Shown here one piece after another: positions 25,516 to 34,465 of a stretch of 64,000 nucleotides of DNA. A model generated the notes under the pieces. It saw only the letters and a list, made by a program, of their open reading frames with translations, searched no databases and was not told the DNA's origin. The stretch lies in the NCBI RefSeq assembly GCF_055900595.2, contig NZ_CM148325.1; one strand, given 5' to 3'. A program made the translations under genes and the position numbers. Within the stretch, counting starts at the first letter, position 1, and the number at the start of each line of letters is the position of its first letter.

Positions 25516-28500
25516 CTAATCTCTGTCACGGAAACTACCGACTGTCTGGCGGATACGGCGTTCCATTTCCGCACGGACGGCATCACCCACCATTTTTGCC
25601 AGTTCGCGCGGGTTTTGCGTGTGAACATCATGCAGGTGAATATGCAGTTCGCCAGTTAATCCCCATGGTGCCGGATCACTCTGACGCGGTCGGGGCGATG
25701 CGGGGGATATGGGCTGGCGCACAGCCTCAACCACCGGACGGGATGTTGCCGTTACGACGGGTGTCATTACCGGCGCAATATTGCCGGACACTACCGGTTT
25801 AATTACCGGGGAGAGCGTCGGTATAACATCGCCAGCCATAACCGGTTTGATCGCTGGCGAAATAACCGGAGCAACAGACTCAGCCATGACGGAACTGACA
25901 GGCTGAGGCGCTCTCACTATGCCAGCATCGATAACCAGCATGAGCTCGCGTACTGCCTCAAGGACAGGACGGGATATTGCCGCCATCACTGGTGTCATTA
26001 GCGGGGAGAACGTCGGCATGACATCGTGAGTCATAACCGGTTTGATCACCGGCGAAACCACCGGCGTAATATTACCGGACAGTACCGGACGGACGACCGG
26101 AGGAATAACCGGCACATTATTCACGGACACCACCGGCTTCACGACCGGCGACACGTTCGCCGTGGTGGATATCAGCGGCGAAACACTGACAGGCGGTGGC
26201 GCTGGCAGCGGTGGCAACGAAGGCACACTGACCGACGGCACCTGCGGCAGTCTGACAGGTGGCTCACTGACACTACCCGGTAACAGGGAAGCTGCGCGGT
26301 TAAAGCGTTCCTCCTTCCACTCACCACGAACGGCCAGCGCTTCCGGCAGGTTTTTAAAGATAATATCGCCGGGACCAGTGCGTTTTTTCGCCTGTTTCGC
26401 CTCATCCAGCAGGCCACCGGTGTTATCGACGATTTTATTCAGGCGACGCATGGTGCCGGTATTCTCCCCCGTCAGCGGAGCAGTTGCTGCAGGTGCAGGT
26501 ACTGGCGGCTTTTTGTCTTTGTCATTTTGCGGCGGATTAATGACATTAACATCCGCCAGGAGCATGGCGGCTTTCTCGTTCAGCAGCTCCTTCTGCTTCA
26601 GCTCTTCCGCCTTTTTCCGGGCGCGCTCAACCGCCGACGGAATCAGCCCGAGTTTTTCCAGCACCCGGGTTAATGAGTCAATCAGCAGCGTAACCGGACC
26701 GGTCACCAGATTGCTGATAAACTCCCCGACCTTCTGCCCGAACGTCCGCCCGGCTTCCGTGCACTTGTCCAGCTCATCCTTTGTTGTGCTTACCGGCGCG
26801 AACAAATCCACGAACCACTGCCACACACGCCCGATTGTCTGCCCGACATACTCAAACAATGGTCCCAGTGGTGCCACAGCCTCGCGCAGTGGCGTAAGCC
26901 CCTGCCACAGGCCGGACAAGAACCCGCCCACGACAGCCTTCAGCTGGTCCCAGTGCCGCCAGATAAGCACTGCCGCACCGACCAGTGTCGCCACCACAAG
27001 GCCCACCGGACTTAACAGAAAACCCAGCGCCCCGCCAAGTGCGCCCACCGCACCACTCACCATCCCCCACAGTGCGGGCAGACCTGACAGTCTGAGCGCC
27101 AGTATTCCGATACCGCGCCCCAGTGAAATCAGTGCGCCGCCAGGTGAAGTGAACGCAGCCAGCAGACCACCACGCAGCGCGCCAAGTCCCGCCTGCACAC
27201 CACGAAGCCGCCCCGCAACTACGCCCAGCAGTGCAGCAAACCGTCCGGCACCGGAGGTGATACCGACAAACAGCACGCGCCAGCCACCGATACCGCCCAG
27301 CGGACCACCGAGTACGCCGCGCAGCTGCGTCAGTAACGGCAGCGCACGACCGAGGCCGGATGTGCCGGTCAGCAGGGCAAACCCAAGACGCAGTTTTGCC
27401 AGCGGCCCCATCAACACACCAGTGGCAAGTGACAGCGCCCCCATGGCCGCAACCGCAGCCAGCAGTGCACCACCGGCAATCAGCAGTTGTTTTGTCAGTT
27501 CAGGGTGCGCCTGGGCCAGCGCGGTGACTTTCGCAATAACCCGGGTGAACGACTGCGTGACAGAACGCAGCGGCCCGTCAACGAGGTCAGCGACACGGAT
27601 ACGCAGCCCTTCCCATGCGCTGTTCAGTGATTTCAGGTCGCCGTCCAGGTTGTCCGCCATGATTCTGGCGTTTTCTTCCAGTTCGCCGTTCGCTGCCTGA
27701 ATCTCACGCGTCAGGCGCGGCAGGTTTTTTTCGCCTGCCTGTTCAACCAGGCTCATCAGGGAGACATACGCCTCCTGCCCGGCAATATCTGAAAAGAACG
27801 AGACTTTTGCCGCGTTACCGTATTTACGGGTGGCCTGATACAGCTCATACAGGATATCTTCCATCGGGCGCATGTTCCCGTAAGCATCCTGCGTTTCCAC
27901 GCCCAGCTGTTTCAGCGCCTTTGCTGCCGCTTTAGGCGGGTTCACAAGGCGGGACAGACTGGAGCGCAGCGCCGTACCAGCATCACTGCCACGTATCCCC
28001 ATCGACCCAAGCAACCCGGTCATGGCTGCGGTCTGTTCAAGAGACAGACCGAGTGAGGCGGCGACCGGTCCCGTATATTTCATCGTCTCACCAAGCCCGC
28101 GCAGGTCGGTATTGGTGCGGGTGAACGTTGCGGCCAGCGTGTCACCCACGCGGTTCATCTGGTCGGCAGACAACCCGAACTGCGTAAGGATATTTGAGCT
28201 GATATCGGCCGTCTGACCGAGGTCCATGCCGCTGGCCGTTGCCAGATTCAGCACGCCGGGAAGAGCCGCCTGTATCGCCTGCGGCGTGAACCCCGCCATG
28301 GCAAGGAACGCCTGACCGCTGGCAGCATCACCTGCGGTAAACTGCGTTTCGGAGCCGAGTTTAAGCGCCTGTTCGCGCAGCGCCTTAAACTGCGGACTGT
28401 TTTTGTCAATACGGGTCAGCGCCTGGACGCGCGACATCTCCTTACCAAAACTGACCGCCGGTTGCAGGAAACGCCCGGCCGCATAGCCACCTGCCGCTGC

Positions 28501-29058
28501 CGTGCCGACTGCCGTAAATCCACCCGCTTTCAGTTTTCCCGCCATCTCCTGAGCGCGGAAATATTGCTGGCGTGCCTGCGTGACGCGTGCCAGAGTCTGC
28601 CGTTCACGTTCCAGCTGTTCGTTGTATTGCTGTGTTCGCCGTATGGCCTGTTGAATGGTGTTGTCACTGCCGGAAAGCGCAATACCGTGACGCCGCAGCT
28701 CACCACCCAGTTCGCGCATTCGCTGAACTTCACGCGCACGGACCTCATTGAGACGCTCAAGTTTGAGGCTCAAATCGTTCATCAGCTTTTTCTGTTTGTC
28801 AGACAGCACGGTTCCGGCGCGCTGAATTTGCTGAAGTGCGCTTAACTGGCGTTGTGCCCGGGCAATGCCGTTTCCGGCCTTGTTTGCAGCCTCGCGGGCG
28901 CGATCAAATGAACGGGCGTGGCGTTCCAGGTTTTTGATCGCACCCTGCGTTCTCTGTATGGAGTCGCCAAGCTGGCCCATCATGCGACGGGCGTTTTCGG
29001 TGGGACGGGTCAGCCTGTCAACAGCGCTGAAGGCGACCCGTATATCAAGCGTTTTCAT
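25516..29058 (-). CDS. T: Tail tape measure protein, gpT-like (about 1180 aa from ATG 29056-29058; ORF track starts at GTG 29094)
   Basis: Very long helical protein with glycine-rich TM-like middle; an unusual Pro/Val-rich internally duplicated region near the C-terminus (DNA about 25700-26300). Confidence 0.85.
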   Translation of the reverse strand: MKTLDIRVAFSAVDRLTRPTENARRMMGQLGDSIQRTQGAIKNLERHARSFDRAREAANKAGNGIARAQRQLSALQQIQRAGTVLSDKQKKLMNDLSLKLERLNEVRAREVQRMRELGGELRRHGIALSGSDNTIQQAIRRTQQYNEQLERERQTLARVTQARQQYFRAQEMAGKLKAGGFTAVGTAAAGGYAAGRFLQPAVSFGKEMSRVQALTRIDKNSPQFKALREQALKLGSETQFTAGDAASGQAFLAMAGFTPQAIQAALPGVLNLATASGMDLGQTADISSNILTQFGLSADQMNRVGDTLAATFTRTNTDLRGLGETMKYTGPVAASLGLSLEQTAAMTGLLGSMGIRGSDAGTALRSSLSRLVNPPKAAAKALKQLGVETQDAYGNMRPMEDILYELYQATRKYGNAAKVSFFSDIAGQEAYVSLMSLVEQAGEKNLPRLTREIQAANGELEENARIMADNLDGDLKSLNSAWEGLRIRVADLVDGPLRSVTQSFTRVIAKVTALAQAHPELTKQLLIAGGALLAAVAAMGALSLATGVLMGPLAKLRLGFALLTGTSGLGRALPLLTQLRGVLGGPLGGIGGWRVLFVGITSGAGRFAALLGVVAGRLRGVQAGLGALRGGLLAAFTSPGGALISLGRGIGILALRLSGLPALWGMVSGAVGALGGALGFLLSPVGLVVATLVGAAVLIWRHWDQLKAVVGGFLSGLWQGLTPLREAVAPLGPLFEYVGQTIGRVWQWFVDLFAPVSTTKDELDKCTEAGRTFGQKVGEFISNLVTGPVTLLIDSLTRVLEKLGLIPSAVERARKKAEELKQKELLNEKAAMLLADVNVINPPQNDKDKKPPVPAPAATAPLTGENTGTMRRLNKIVDNTGGLLDEAKQAKKRTGPGDIIFKNLPEALAVRGEWKEERFNRAASLLPGSVSEPPVRLPQVPSVSVPSLPPLPAPPPVSVSPLISTTANVSPVVKPVVSVNNVPVIPPVVRPVLSGNITPVVSPVIKPVMTHDVMPTFSPLMTPVMAAISRPVLEAVRELMLVIDAGIVRAPQPVSSVMAESVAPVISPAIKPVMAGDVIPTLSPVIKPVVSGNIAPVMTPVVTATSRPVVEAVRQPISPASPRPRQSDPAPWGLTGELHIHLHDVHTQNPRELAKMVGDAVRAEMERRIRQTVGSFRDRD

Positions 29059-29571
29059 GCTCTGCGTTCCCGCTGCGAAGGGCCGCCCGCTCACGCCAGG
29101 CGACCACCTCGCCGGGATCCATCAGGAAGATTTCAGCGGGAGACCAGTTGAAAATAACGGCGATATCCGCCACAAAGTCTTCAATATGCTCAAAGGGCAC
29201 GACGGTTATCAGCCTGCCGTCGCCGCCACGCTCTTCCCGCCAGAGTCCTGACCGGCCAAAAAATTAACCGCCACCCCGCACAGCTGAATAAAATCAGCGG
29301 ACCCCATGCGCTTAAGCAGAACCTCGTCCAGTCGCGGCGAAGTGACGCGCGGGAGTAACTCAAACATCGCGTCCGTTTTCATGTTCAGCACGTCAAGCAG
29401 TGACAGCCCGCGCAGTGAACCGGCCTGCTGTACAGCAGGCGTGATTTCCACATACGTGATTTTTTTGTTACCGAGCACAAGGGGCGTTTTCAGCGTCACG
29501 CCGCGCTCACTGGTCACGTCCGCCGCATCAGCACCGTCAGTAACAGGGGCAACAACCGGATTTTCTTTCAT
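29045..29571 (-). CDS. E: Tail assembly chaperone gpE, with predicted -1 frameshift extension E+E'
   Basis: E ORF 29209..29571. Slippery T TTT TTG on the minus strand at 29257-29263 inside codons N-F-L; the -1 frame stays open to a TGA at 29045-29047, overlapping the start of T, as in P2 E/E'. Confidence 0.7.
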
Positions 29572-29621
29572 GAATAAAACCTCAAATCAGGGGGCGACGC
29601 CACGCGCCGCCGTGGAAAACA

Positions 29622-30140
29622 TTAACCACCAAGACCAATCGCCGAGCGCACGCGGTCCGGGAAGACGCTTTTGCCGTCCTTGCGTTCGATGTGGTTCAGT
29701 AAATCAATCTCCAGCACCGGACGGTCGTTAATGCTGAGTTTGTAGTAGGTACTTTTGACCGCATAGGTGTGAGACGTGACCTCACCCTGTTTGGCCTCCC
29801 CGGTATCAATTTCCGTCACGCGACCGCGAAGCTCAATCTCGTACAGGTCACTCTGTTCTTCATCGTTGTAGTACTCACCGACAAAGCGCAGCAGCGTACC
29901 GTCAATCGTTCCGCCGTACTTGAGGAACAGTTCGCGGGTCGGCCCGCCCATGGTGAAACTCGCATCCAGCGCGCCGTCATCCAGGCCAAGGTCGATATTT
30001 ACTGCACCGGCCATACCACCACCGCGATAGGCTTCCGTTTTACGGGTCAGTTTGGGGGCCGTGAAGCCGGTCACTCTGCCAATCTGGTTCACCCCGTCAG
30101 TAAACAGCGTGAACACCCTGAGATTTTTTGGTACGGCCAT
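29622..30140 (-). CDS. FII: Major tail tube protein, P2 gpFII family
   Basis: 172 aa between sheath and E. Confidence 0.8.
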   Translation of the reverse strand: MAVPKNLRVFTLFTDGVNQIGRVTGFTAPKLTRKTEAYRGGGMAGAVNIDLGLDDGALDASFTMGGPTRELFLKYGGTIDGTLLRFVGEYYNDEEQSDLYEIELRGRVTEIDTGEAKQGEVTSHTYAVKSTYYKLSINDRPVLEIDLLNHIERKDGKSVFPDRVRSAIGLGG

Positions 30141-31423
30141 TAAGCACCTCCAAGCGTCGCAAATGCAGGACCAAAGAATTCATCAGTAAACGTCTGGTAA
30201 AGTTCCATATCCTCAAGCGGCGGAACGGGCGTGTACTTGTAGCGGATACGCACGCGTCCCTGACGAAGTTCCGTGGTGCTGTTATCCACCACGTCATACC
30301 AGCACTCCGCACCAACGAGACGTCCTGACGTAACCAGCGCATCCAGTTTTGCGCGAATTGCGCTTAACACGTCTTTCACATTAGCAGGGGTCAGCGGGGC
30401 ATCAATCGTTTCAAACTGCGCTTCCGCAACAGAATCAGCCAGCACCTGAGCGGTTCGCGTGTACACCTCAAAGATATACGCCTTCGTTTCCGGCGTACGG
30501 TTGCCCCAGAAGCGGAAACCGTTACGGCGAATGATGGTGGTGATTTCCTTGTTGTTGAGATTGTTGGCATCGCTGTCTTCGGACTGAAGGGACCAGAACA
30601 CCGGGCTGGAAATACCCAGCACATTTCTTACCGGCACGTTGGACAGCGATTTATGCCAGCCCTGTTCGTGGTCAATACGTGCACGTAAACCGCAGGCGTA
30701 CGCCGCAGCCGGGAAGACCTCATTAGCGCCGGATTTCGGGTTATGGGCGATGAAGTCAGGCCAGAGCAGCATAAGTTCGCGCTCGTTAAATCTGGCGCGG
30801 TAGCTGATTGCATCAGCGGGCTTCTTGCAGTTGTGACAGCCCGCGTAGACAAATGCGCGAAGTTTTTCTGCAATTACACACAGGGATTTTGTGACAGCTT
30901 CAGTATCCAGTCCGGGCGCTGCGATGATGCGCGGACGGTAACCGATGGCATCATCCTGTTCAGCTATCAGAAGTGCATACATACCGGTATAATTACCGTC
31001 GTCATCCGTGCCACCAATGACATACTGGTCCTGCGTTTTGTGTGGGTATACAGGATGTGCATCTTCAGACTCATCAATACCAAAAAATGCCCTGTCTTCA
31101 GGATCCAGATGACCGAATGATGTAACTCCTGTATCCGGGGCGCCCTGAGAACTGGCATCAGGAACGCGCACCACAATCACCTTCGTGCTCACCTGGTCGG
31201 CGACAGCCTTAAGTGAACGGTACAGCGTGCCCTTTGTGCCGGTCTTACCCAGCACATCACTGACGCGGGTCAGCAGTATGGGTTTGTTCAGCGGGAACAG
31301 AGTTTCATCCGCGTCATCTGCCGTAGCCACAATACCAATAACACTGGAATCCACATCATTAATGGCGGTGGTAAGGCCGGTACTTTCCCTTACGCGCGCA
31401 CCATGAAAGCGTGTTTCACTCAT
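30140..31423 (-). CDS. FI: Tail sheath protein, P2 gpFI family
   Basis: From ATG 31421-31423 (MSETRFHGARV...); multiple segments match recalled P2 FI (FPLNKP, GTKGTL, QEQGWHKTLSNV, GFRFWGNRT, YTRTAQV, YTPVPPLE). Confidence 0.85.
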   Translation of the reverse strand: MSETRFHGARVRESTGLTTAINDVDSSVIGIVATADDADETLFPLNKPILLTRVSDVLGKTGTKGTLYRSLKAVADQVSTKVIVVRVPDASSQGAPDTGVTSFGHLDPEDRAFFGIDESEDAHPVYPHKTQDQYVIGGTDDDGNYTGMYALLIAEQDDAIGYRPRIIAAPGLDTEAVTKSLCVIAEKLRAFVYAGCHNCKKPADAISYRARFNERELMLLWPDFIAHNPKSGANEVFPAAAYACGLRARIDHEQGWHKSLSNVPVRNVLGISSPVFWSLQSEDSDANNLNNKEITTIIRRNGFRFWGNRTPETKAYIFEVYTRTAQVLADSVAEAQFETIDAPLTPANVKDVLSAIRAKLDALVTSGRLVGAECWYDVVDNSTTELRQGRVRIRYKYTPVPPLEDMELYQTFTDEFFGPAFATLGGA

Positions 31424-31583
31424 ATGTTTCACCCTTGTCTGGCTGGTTGATTTTGCGTAATCATTACCCACGATGCCGCCGGTATCATCTCCTGCCCGTT
31501 CTCACCGTTCGCTTACAACAAACAGCCGTTCACCACGGTCGCACGCCGTGAAAACATGACGGGACACACCACGAGGGCAGACC

Positions 31584-32675
31584 ATGACCGACCTGTTAAT
31601 CAACGTTCCGTCACCGGATATCGAAATCACCATCAACAACAACAGACTCCGTAACGTCACGGAGCGGCTCATGACGCTGTCACTGACCGACAACCGGGGC
31701 TTTGAGGCGGACCGCGTCACCCTGACCATTGACGACGCGGACGGGCAGCTTCAGCTGGCACAGCGCGGCGCACGCCTGAACGTGATGATTGGCTGGCGCG
31801 GGGAGGCGCTGGTTAACAAGGGTGTCTACATCGTTGATGAAGTGACGTGGGAAGGCCCGCCGGACAAACTGACCATCACCGCCAGCAGCGCCGATTTTCG
31901 CGAAGAGTTCAACGTGAAGCGTGAAGTCTCCTGGCACGACGTGACGGTAAAACAGGTTGTGTCAGCCATCGCGCACCGCTACGGCCTGAAAGCACAGATA
32001 AGCGATATCCTCATGGATATCGAAATTGACCACGCAGACCAGACCGAAGAGAGCGATATATCCTTCCTGACCCGCATGGCTGAAATGCTGGGTGCGATTG
32101 CCACCGTAAAAAACGGCAGCCTGTTATTCATTCTGCCGGGTGGCGGAACCGGGCCGGACGGAAGAGCCCTGCCTTCGTTCGCCATTACCCGCAGCAGCGG
32201 CGACAGTCACCGCTTTCGCATTGCTGACCGTGATGCGTATACGGGGGTCCGGGCGCACTGGCTCGATCTGAAGTTCGGGCAAAAGAAAAAAGTGAACGTG
32301 AAGCGACGCAGGGAAGCCGGGAAACAGAAACAGGAGAAGAGCAGCAGCCGGGAAGGTGATTACATGGAGGGCGCGGAAGGGAACGTCTACGTTCTGCGCA
32401 GGACTTACCAGAATGAAGAAACCGCACGACGTGCAGCAGCTGCAAAGTGGCAGGAACTACAGCGGGGCGCGGCATCATTCTCCATCACGCTGGCGCGCGG
32501 TCGTGCCGACCTGTACCCTGAAATGCACGGCAGGGTAACAGGTTTTAAAAGCGAGGTGGACAATCAGGACTGGATTATTGCCAGGGTGGAGCACAGCATA
32601 GATGAAAGCGGCTTCACCACACAACTGGAGCTGGAAGCGAAAATCCCCGAATGGATAGCAGATTCAGGCGGATAA
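31584..32675 (+). CDS. D: Late control / tail protein, P2 gpD family
   Basis: 363 aa at the D position, upstream of ogr. Confidence 0.8.
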   Translation: MTDLLINVPSPDIEITINNNRLRNVTERLMTLSLTDNRGFEADRVTLTIDDADGQLQLAQRGARLNVMIGWRGEALVNKGVYIVDEVTWEGPPDKLTITASSADFREEFNVKREVSWHDVTVKQVVSAIAHRYGLKAQISDILMDIEIDHADQTEESDISFLTRMAEMLGAIATVKNGSLLFILPGGGTGPDGRALPSFAITRSSGDSHRFRIADRDAYTGVRAHWLDLKFGQKKKVNVKRRREAGKQKQEKSSSREGDYMEGAEGNVYVLRRTYQNEETARRAAAAKWQELQRGAASFSITLARGRADLYPEMHGRVTGFKSEVDNQDWIIARVEHSIDESGFTTQLELEAKIPEWIADSGG

Positions 32676-32718
32676 AATTAAAATGAGCCATCTCCACTCA
32701 GCCAGATAAGGAGAAGCC

Positions 32719-32970
32719 ATGTTCCGTTGTCCCCTGTGCGGTGCATCCGCACGTATCCGCACCAGTCGCAATGAAAATGATTCAGGCACAGTTCGCCTGA
32801 AGTACTACCAGTGCAATAACCTCGAATGCGGGATCGGCTTTACCACACTGGAGGGTTTTAACAAATTCACATCAAAACGCGCCCCGTCGCCGCAGGGTAC
32901 AGAGCGGATACCGTGGGAAGATTTTCCGGGATCTCACAGGGGGAATGCTCAGATGAATCTTGATATTTAA
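32719..32970 (+). CDS. ogr: Late-gene transcriptional activator, Ogr/Delta zinc-finger family
   Basis: MFRCPLCGASARIRTSR...YYQCNNLECGIGFTTLE, a C2C2 zinc finger matching recalled P2 Ogr (MFHCPLC...HQCQNVNC). Confidence 0.85.
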   Translation: MFRCPLCGASARIRTSRNENDSGTVRLKYYQCNNLECGIGFTTLEGFNKFTSKRAPSPQGTERIPWEDFPGSHRGNAQMNLDI

Positions 32971-32974
32971 GAAC

Positions 32975-33990
32975 AATAATCAGGTTGAGAGGACATCATA
33001 AGGCAAGTAGATTAACGGCAGATACTTTCCCGCAACCACGGGCAAGTATTTAATTATCCATGATGAAATATGACCTAAATTGTTTTTTGCCCGCCGGAAA
33101 GCGGGCATTTTTTTATTCTTTTGTGGTTATGGGGTCATCAGGAACCACGTGCAGATTATATTTTTGTTTTTTTGGCGTTCCTCCGGCAGCAACGAGTTCA
33201 TCAATAAGACACTGACACGCCTGAACATCCCGGGCATGTCTTAGTTTCACCTTTATTGATTTAACCTTATCCTCACCGGAGGAGAAATGCAGTTCAATCT
33301 CAATATCGTTTCTTCGGAACAATCTCATACGCCCCCCTGAACATATCAGAAATGCTAGTATCGAAAAATGAGAAAACAGTTAGACAGGAGAAACATATTA
33401 ACACAAATCATTTATACCTATAGATGAAATTATAATTTCATTCATGAATATGATAGATAACTATATTGTGAACAAAATGAAAAATGGCTAAATTAAAAAT
33501 GGGCATGGAGGAATGCCTCGTAATCAGTAATACATGATCCATACTTCCTTGTTTTGCCCGCCGGAAAGCGGGCATTTTTTTGGCGGTTACCATCGCCTCA
33601 CCTTCCTGGTTCACACAAAGCAACCCTGATTTTCCATGAAAACTTCAGGGTTGAGCCAAAAGCACAAAGACAGTAGATTAACCAAGGGTACCCGCCACCT
33701 GCCAACAGGAACGGTATCCAGTACGTATTAATGACTGACAATTCACATTGCTGTTTTGCCCGCCAGAAGGTGGGCATTTTTTTGGCAGTTATCATGGACG
33801 CACCTTCATGACACATATTAAGCAGACCTGATTTTTCCATGAAAAATTCATGGTTGAGACAAAAGCACAAAAACAGTAGATTAACCACGGGTGCCTGCCA
33901 CCTGACAACAGGAAGGGGTGTCCATTATCCATGATATACAAACGAAAAGTCTTGTCTTTTGCCCGCCGTTGCGCGGGCTTTTTTTTTGCC
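32975..33990. repeat. Array of diverged att-like repeat units, each ending in a GC hairpin plus T-tract
   Basis: Hairpin GCCCGCC-loop-GCGGGC plus T-run at 33089-33115, 33556-33582, 33768-33792 and 33961-33987. Units share GGTTGAG...AGTAGATTAACC...CCACGGG...TTATCCATGAT; the first unit directly follows ogr. Confidence 0.6.
33113..33328 (-). CDS. Hypothetical small protein (71 aa)
   Basis: ORF track; G-rich Shine-Dalgarno-like sequence upstream; AT-rich promoter-like region with palindrome ATGAAATTATAATTTCAT upstream on the minus strand. Confidence 0.35.
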   Translation of the reverse strand: MRLFRRNDIEIELHFSSGEDKVKSIKVKLRHARDVQACQCLIDELVAAGGTPKKQKYNLHVVPDDPITTKE

Positions 33991-34016
33991 ACCCTCACCA
34001 GTGAGGGTACCATCAT

Positions 34017-34238
34017 TCAGAGGCGCGTAAGCCACCCGGCGTTAACATCCTGCCCGTCAACCCTGACCGCAGAGTCTGAACGGCAGGCACCGGAAGCAGT
34101 ACCAAAAACACCTCTGACAAGTTCCGCCACCTTCCCGATATCATCAGGCGCCACATTCCTCACCTCGACAGCGATCCGTGGCGTACCATCATCGTTAACA
34201 AGCGTGGCTTTAAGGCTGGTACGACGGGCAAATAACAT
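34017..34238 (-). CDS. Hypothetical small protein (73 aa from ATG 34236-34238; ORF track gives 95 aa)
   Basis: GGGAGGGGG Shine-Dalgarno 6 nt before the ATG; MLFARRTSLKATLVNDDGTPRIAVEVRNVAPDDIGKVAELVRGVFG...; no recognised family. Confidence 0.4.
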   Translation of the reverse strand: MLFARRTSLKATLVNDDGTPRIAVEVRNVAPDDIGKVAELVRGVFGTASGACRSDSAVRVDGQDVNAGWLTRL

Positions 34239-34395
34239 CAACACCCCCTCCCTTCGGTTCGTTGCACTGGCAGCACGATACCACCAGGAAAAAGAAAAGC
34301 CCACAACGTCAGGATTGCGGGCTTTTTTTCTTCAAAAATGGACACTACGTGGACACTGATTAAATAATCCTTTCTTAATCAGACTGTTAAAATGC

Positions 34396-34426
34396 TTGAC
34401 CTTCCCCTTGCTGGAAGGTTTAACCT
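34396..34426 (+). promoter_or_regulatory. copA promoter with CueR operator
   Basis: TTGACC -35, then the dyad CCTTCC-N7-GGAAGG (34400-34418) inside a long spacer, typical of a MerR-family (CueR) promoter. Confidence 0.7.
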
Positions 34427-34465
34427 TTAACACAGTCAGTCAACACTGTCTTAAAGGAGTACGTT

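Larger units (their letters stand above)
1..33115. mobile_element. P2-like temperate prophage (left end, including attL and the integrase C-terminus, lies outside the window)
   Basis: Gene content and order match P2: int, C, cox-like, A, portal Q, terminase P, O, N, M, L, X, lysis, R, S, V, W, J, I, H, G, then U, T, E, FII, FI, D, ogr. Right boundary is approximate, placed at the first terminator hairpin after ogr. Confidence 0.9.

Noticed and set aside
26042-27700. 552-aa plus-strand ORF
   Set aside because: Lies antisense inside the tape measure gene; low-complexity Ser/Thr/Pro/Arg-rich translation typical of a spurious frame in GC-rich coding DNA.
32975-33990. CRISPR array
   Set aside because: Repeat units are about 150-200 bp and diverged, not short identical repeats with unique spacers; no cas genes anywhere in the window.
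33438-34016. Minus-strand ORFs 33438..33623, 33598..33888 and 33792..34016
   Set aside because: Their shared peptide (ITAKKMPxFxRAKQ) is just the terminator hairpin read in frame; artefacts of the repeat array.
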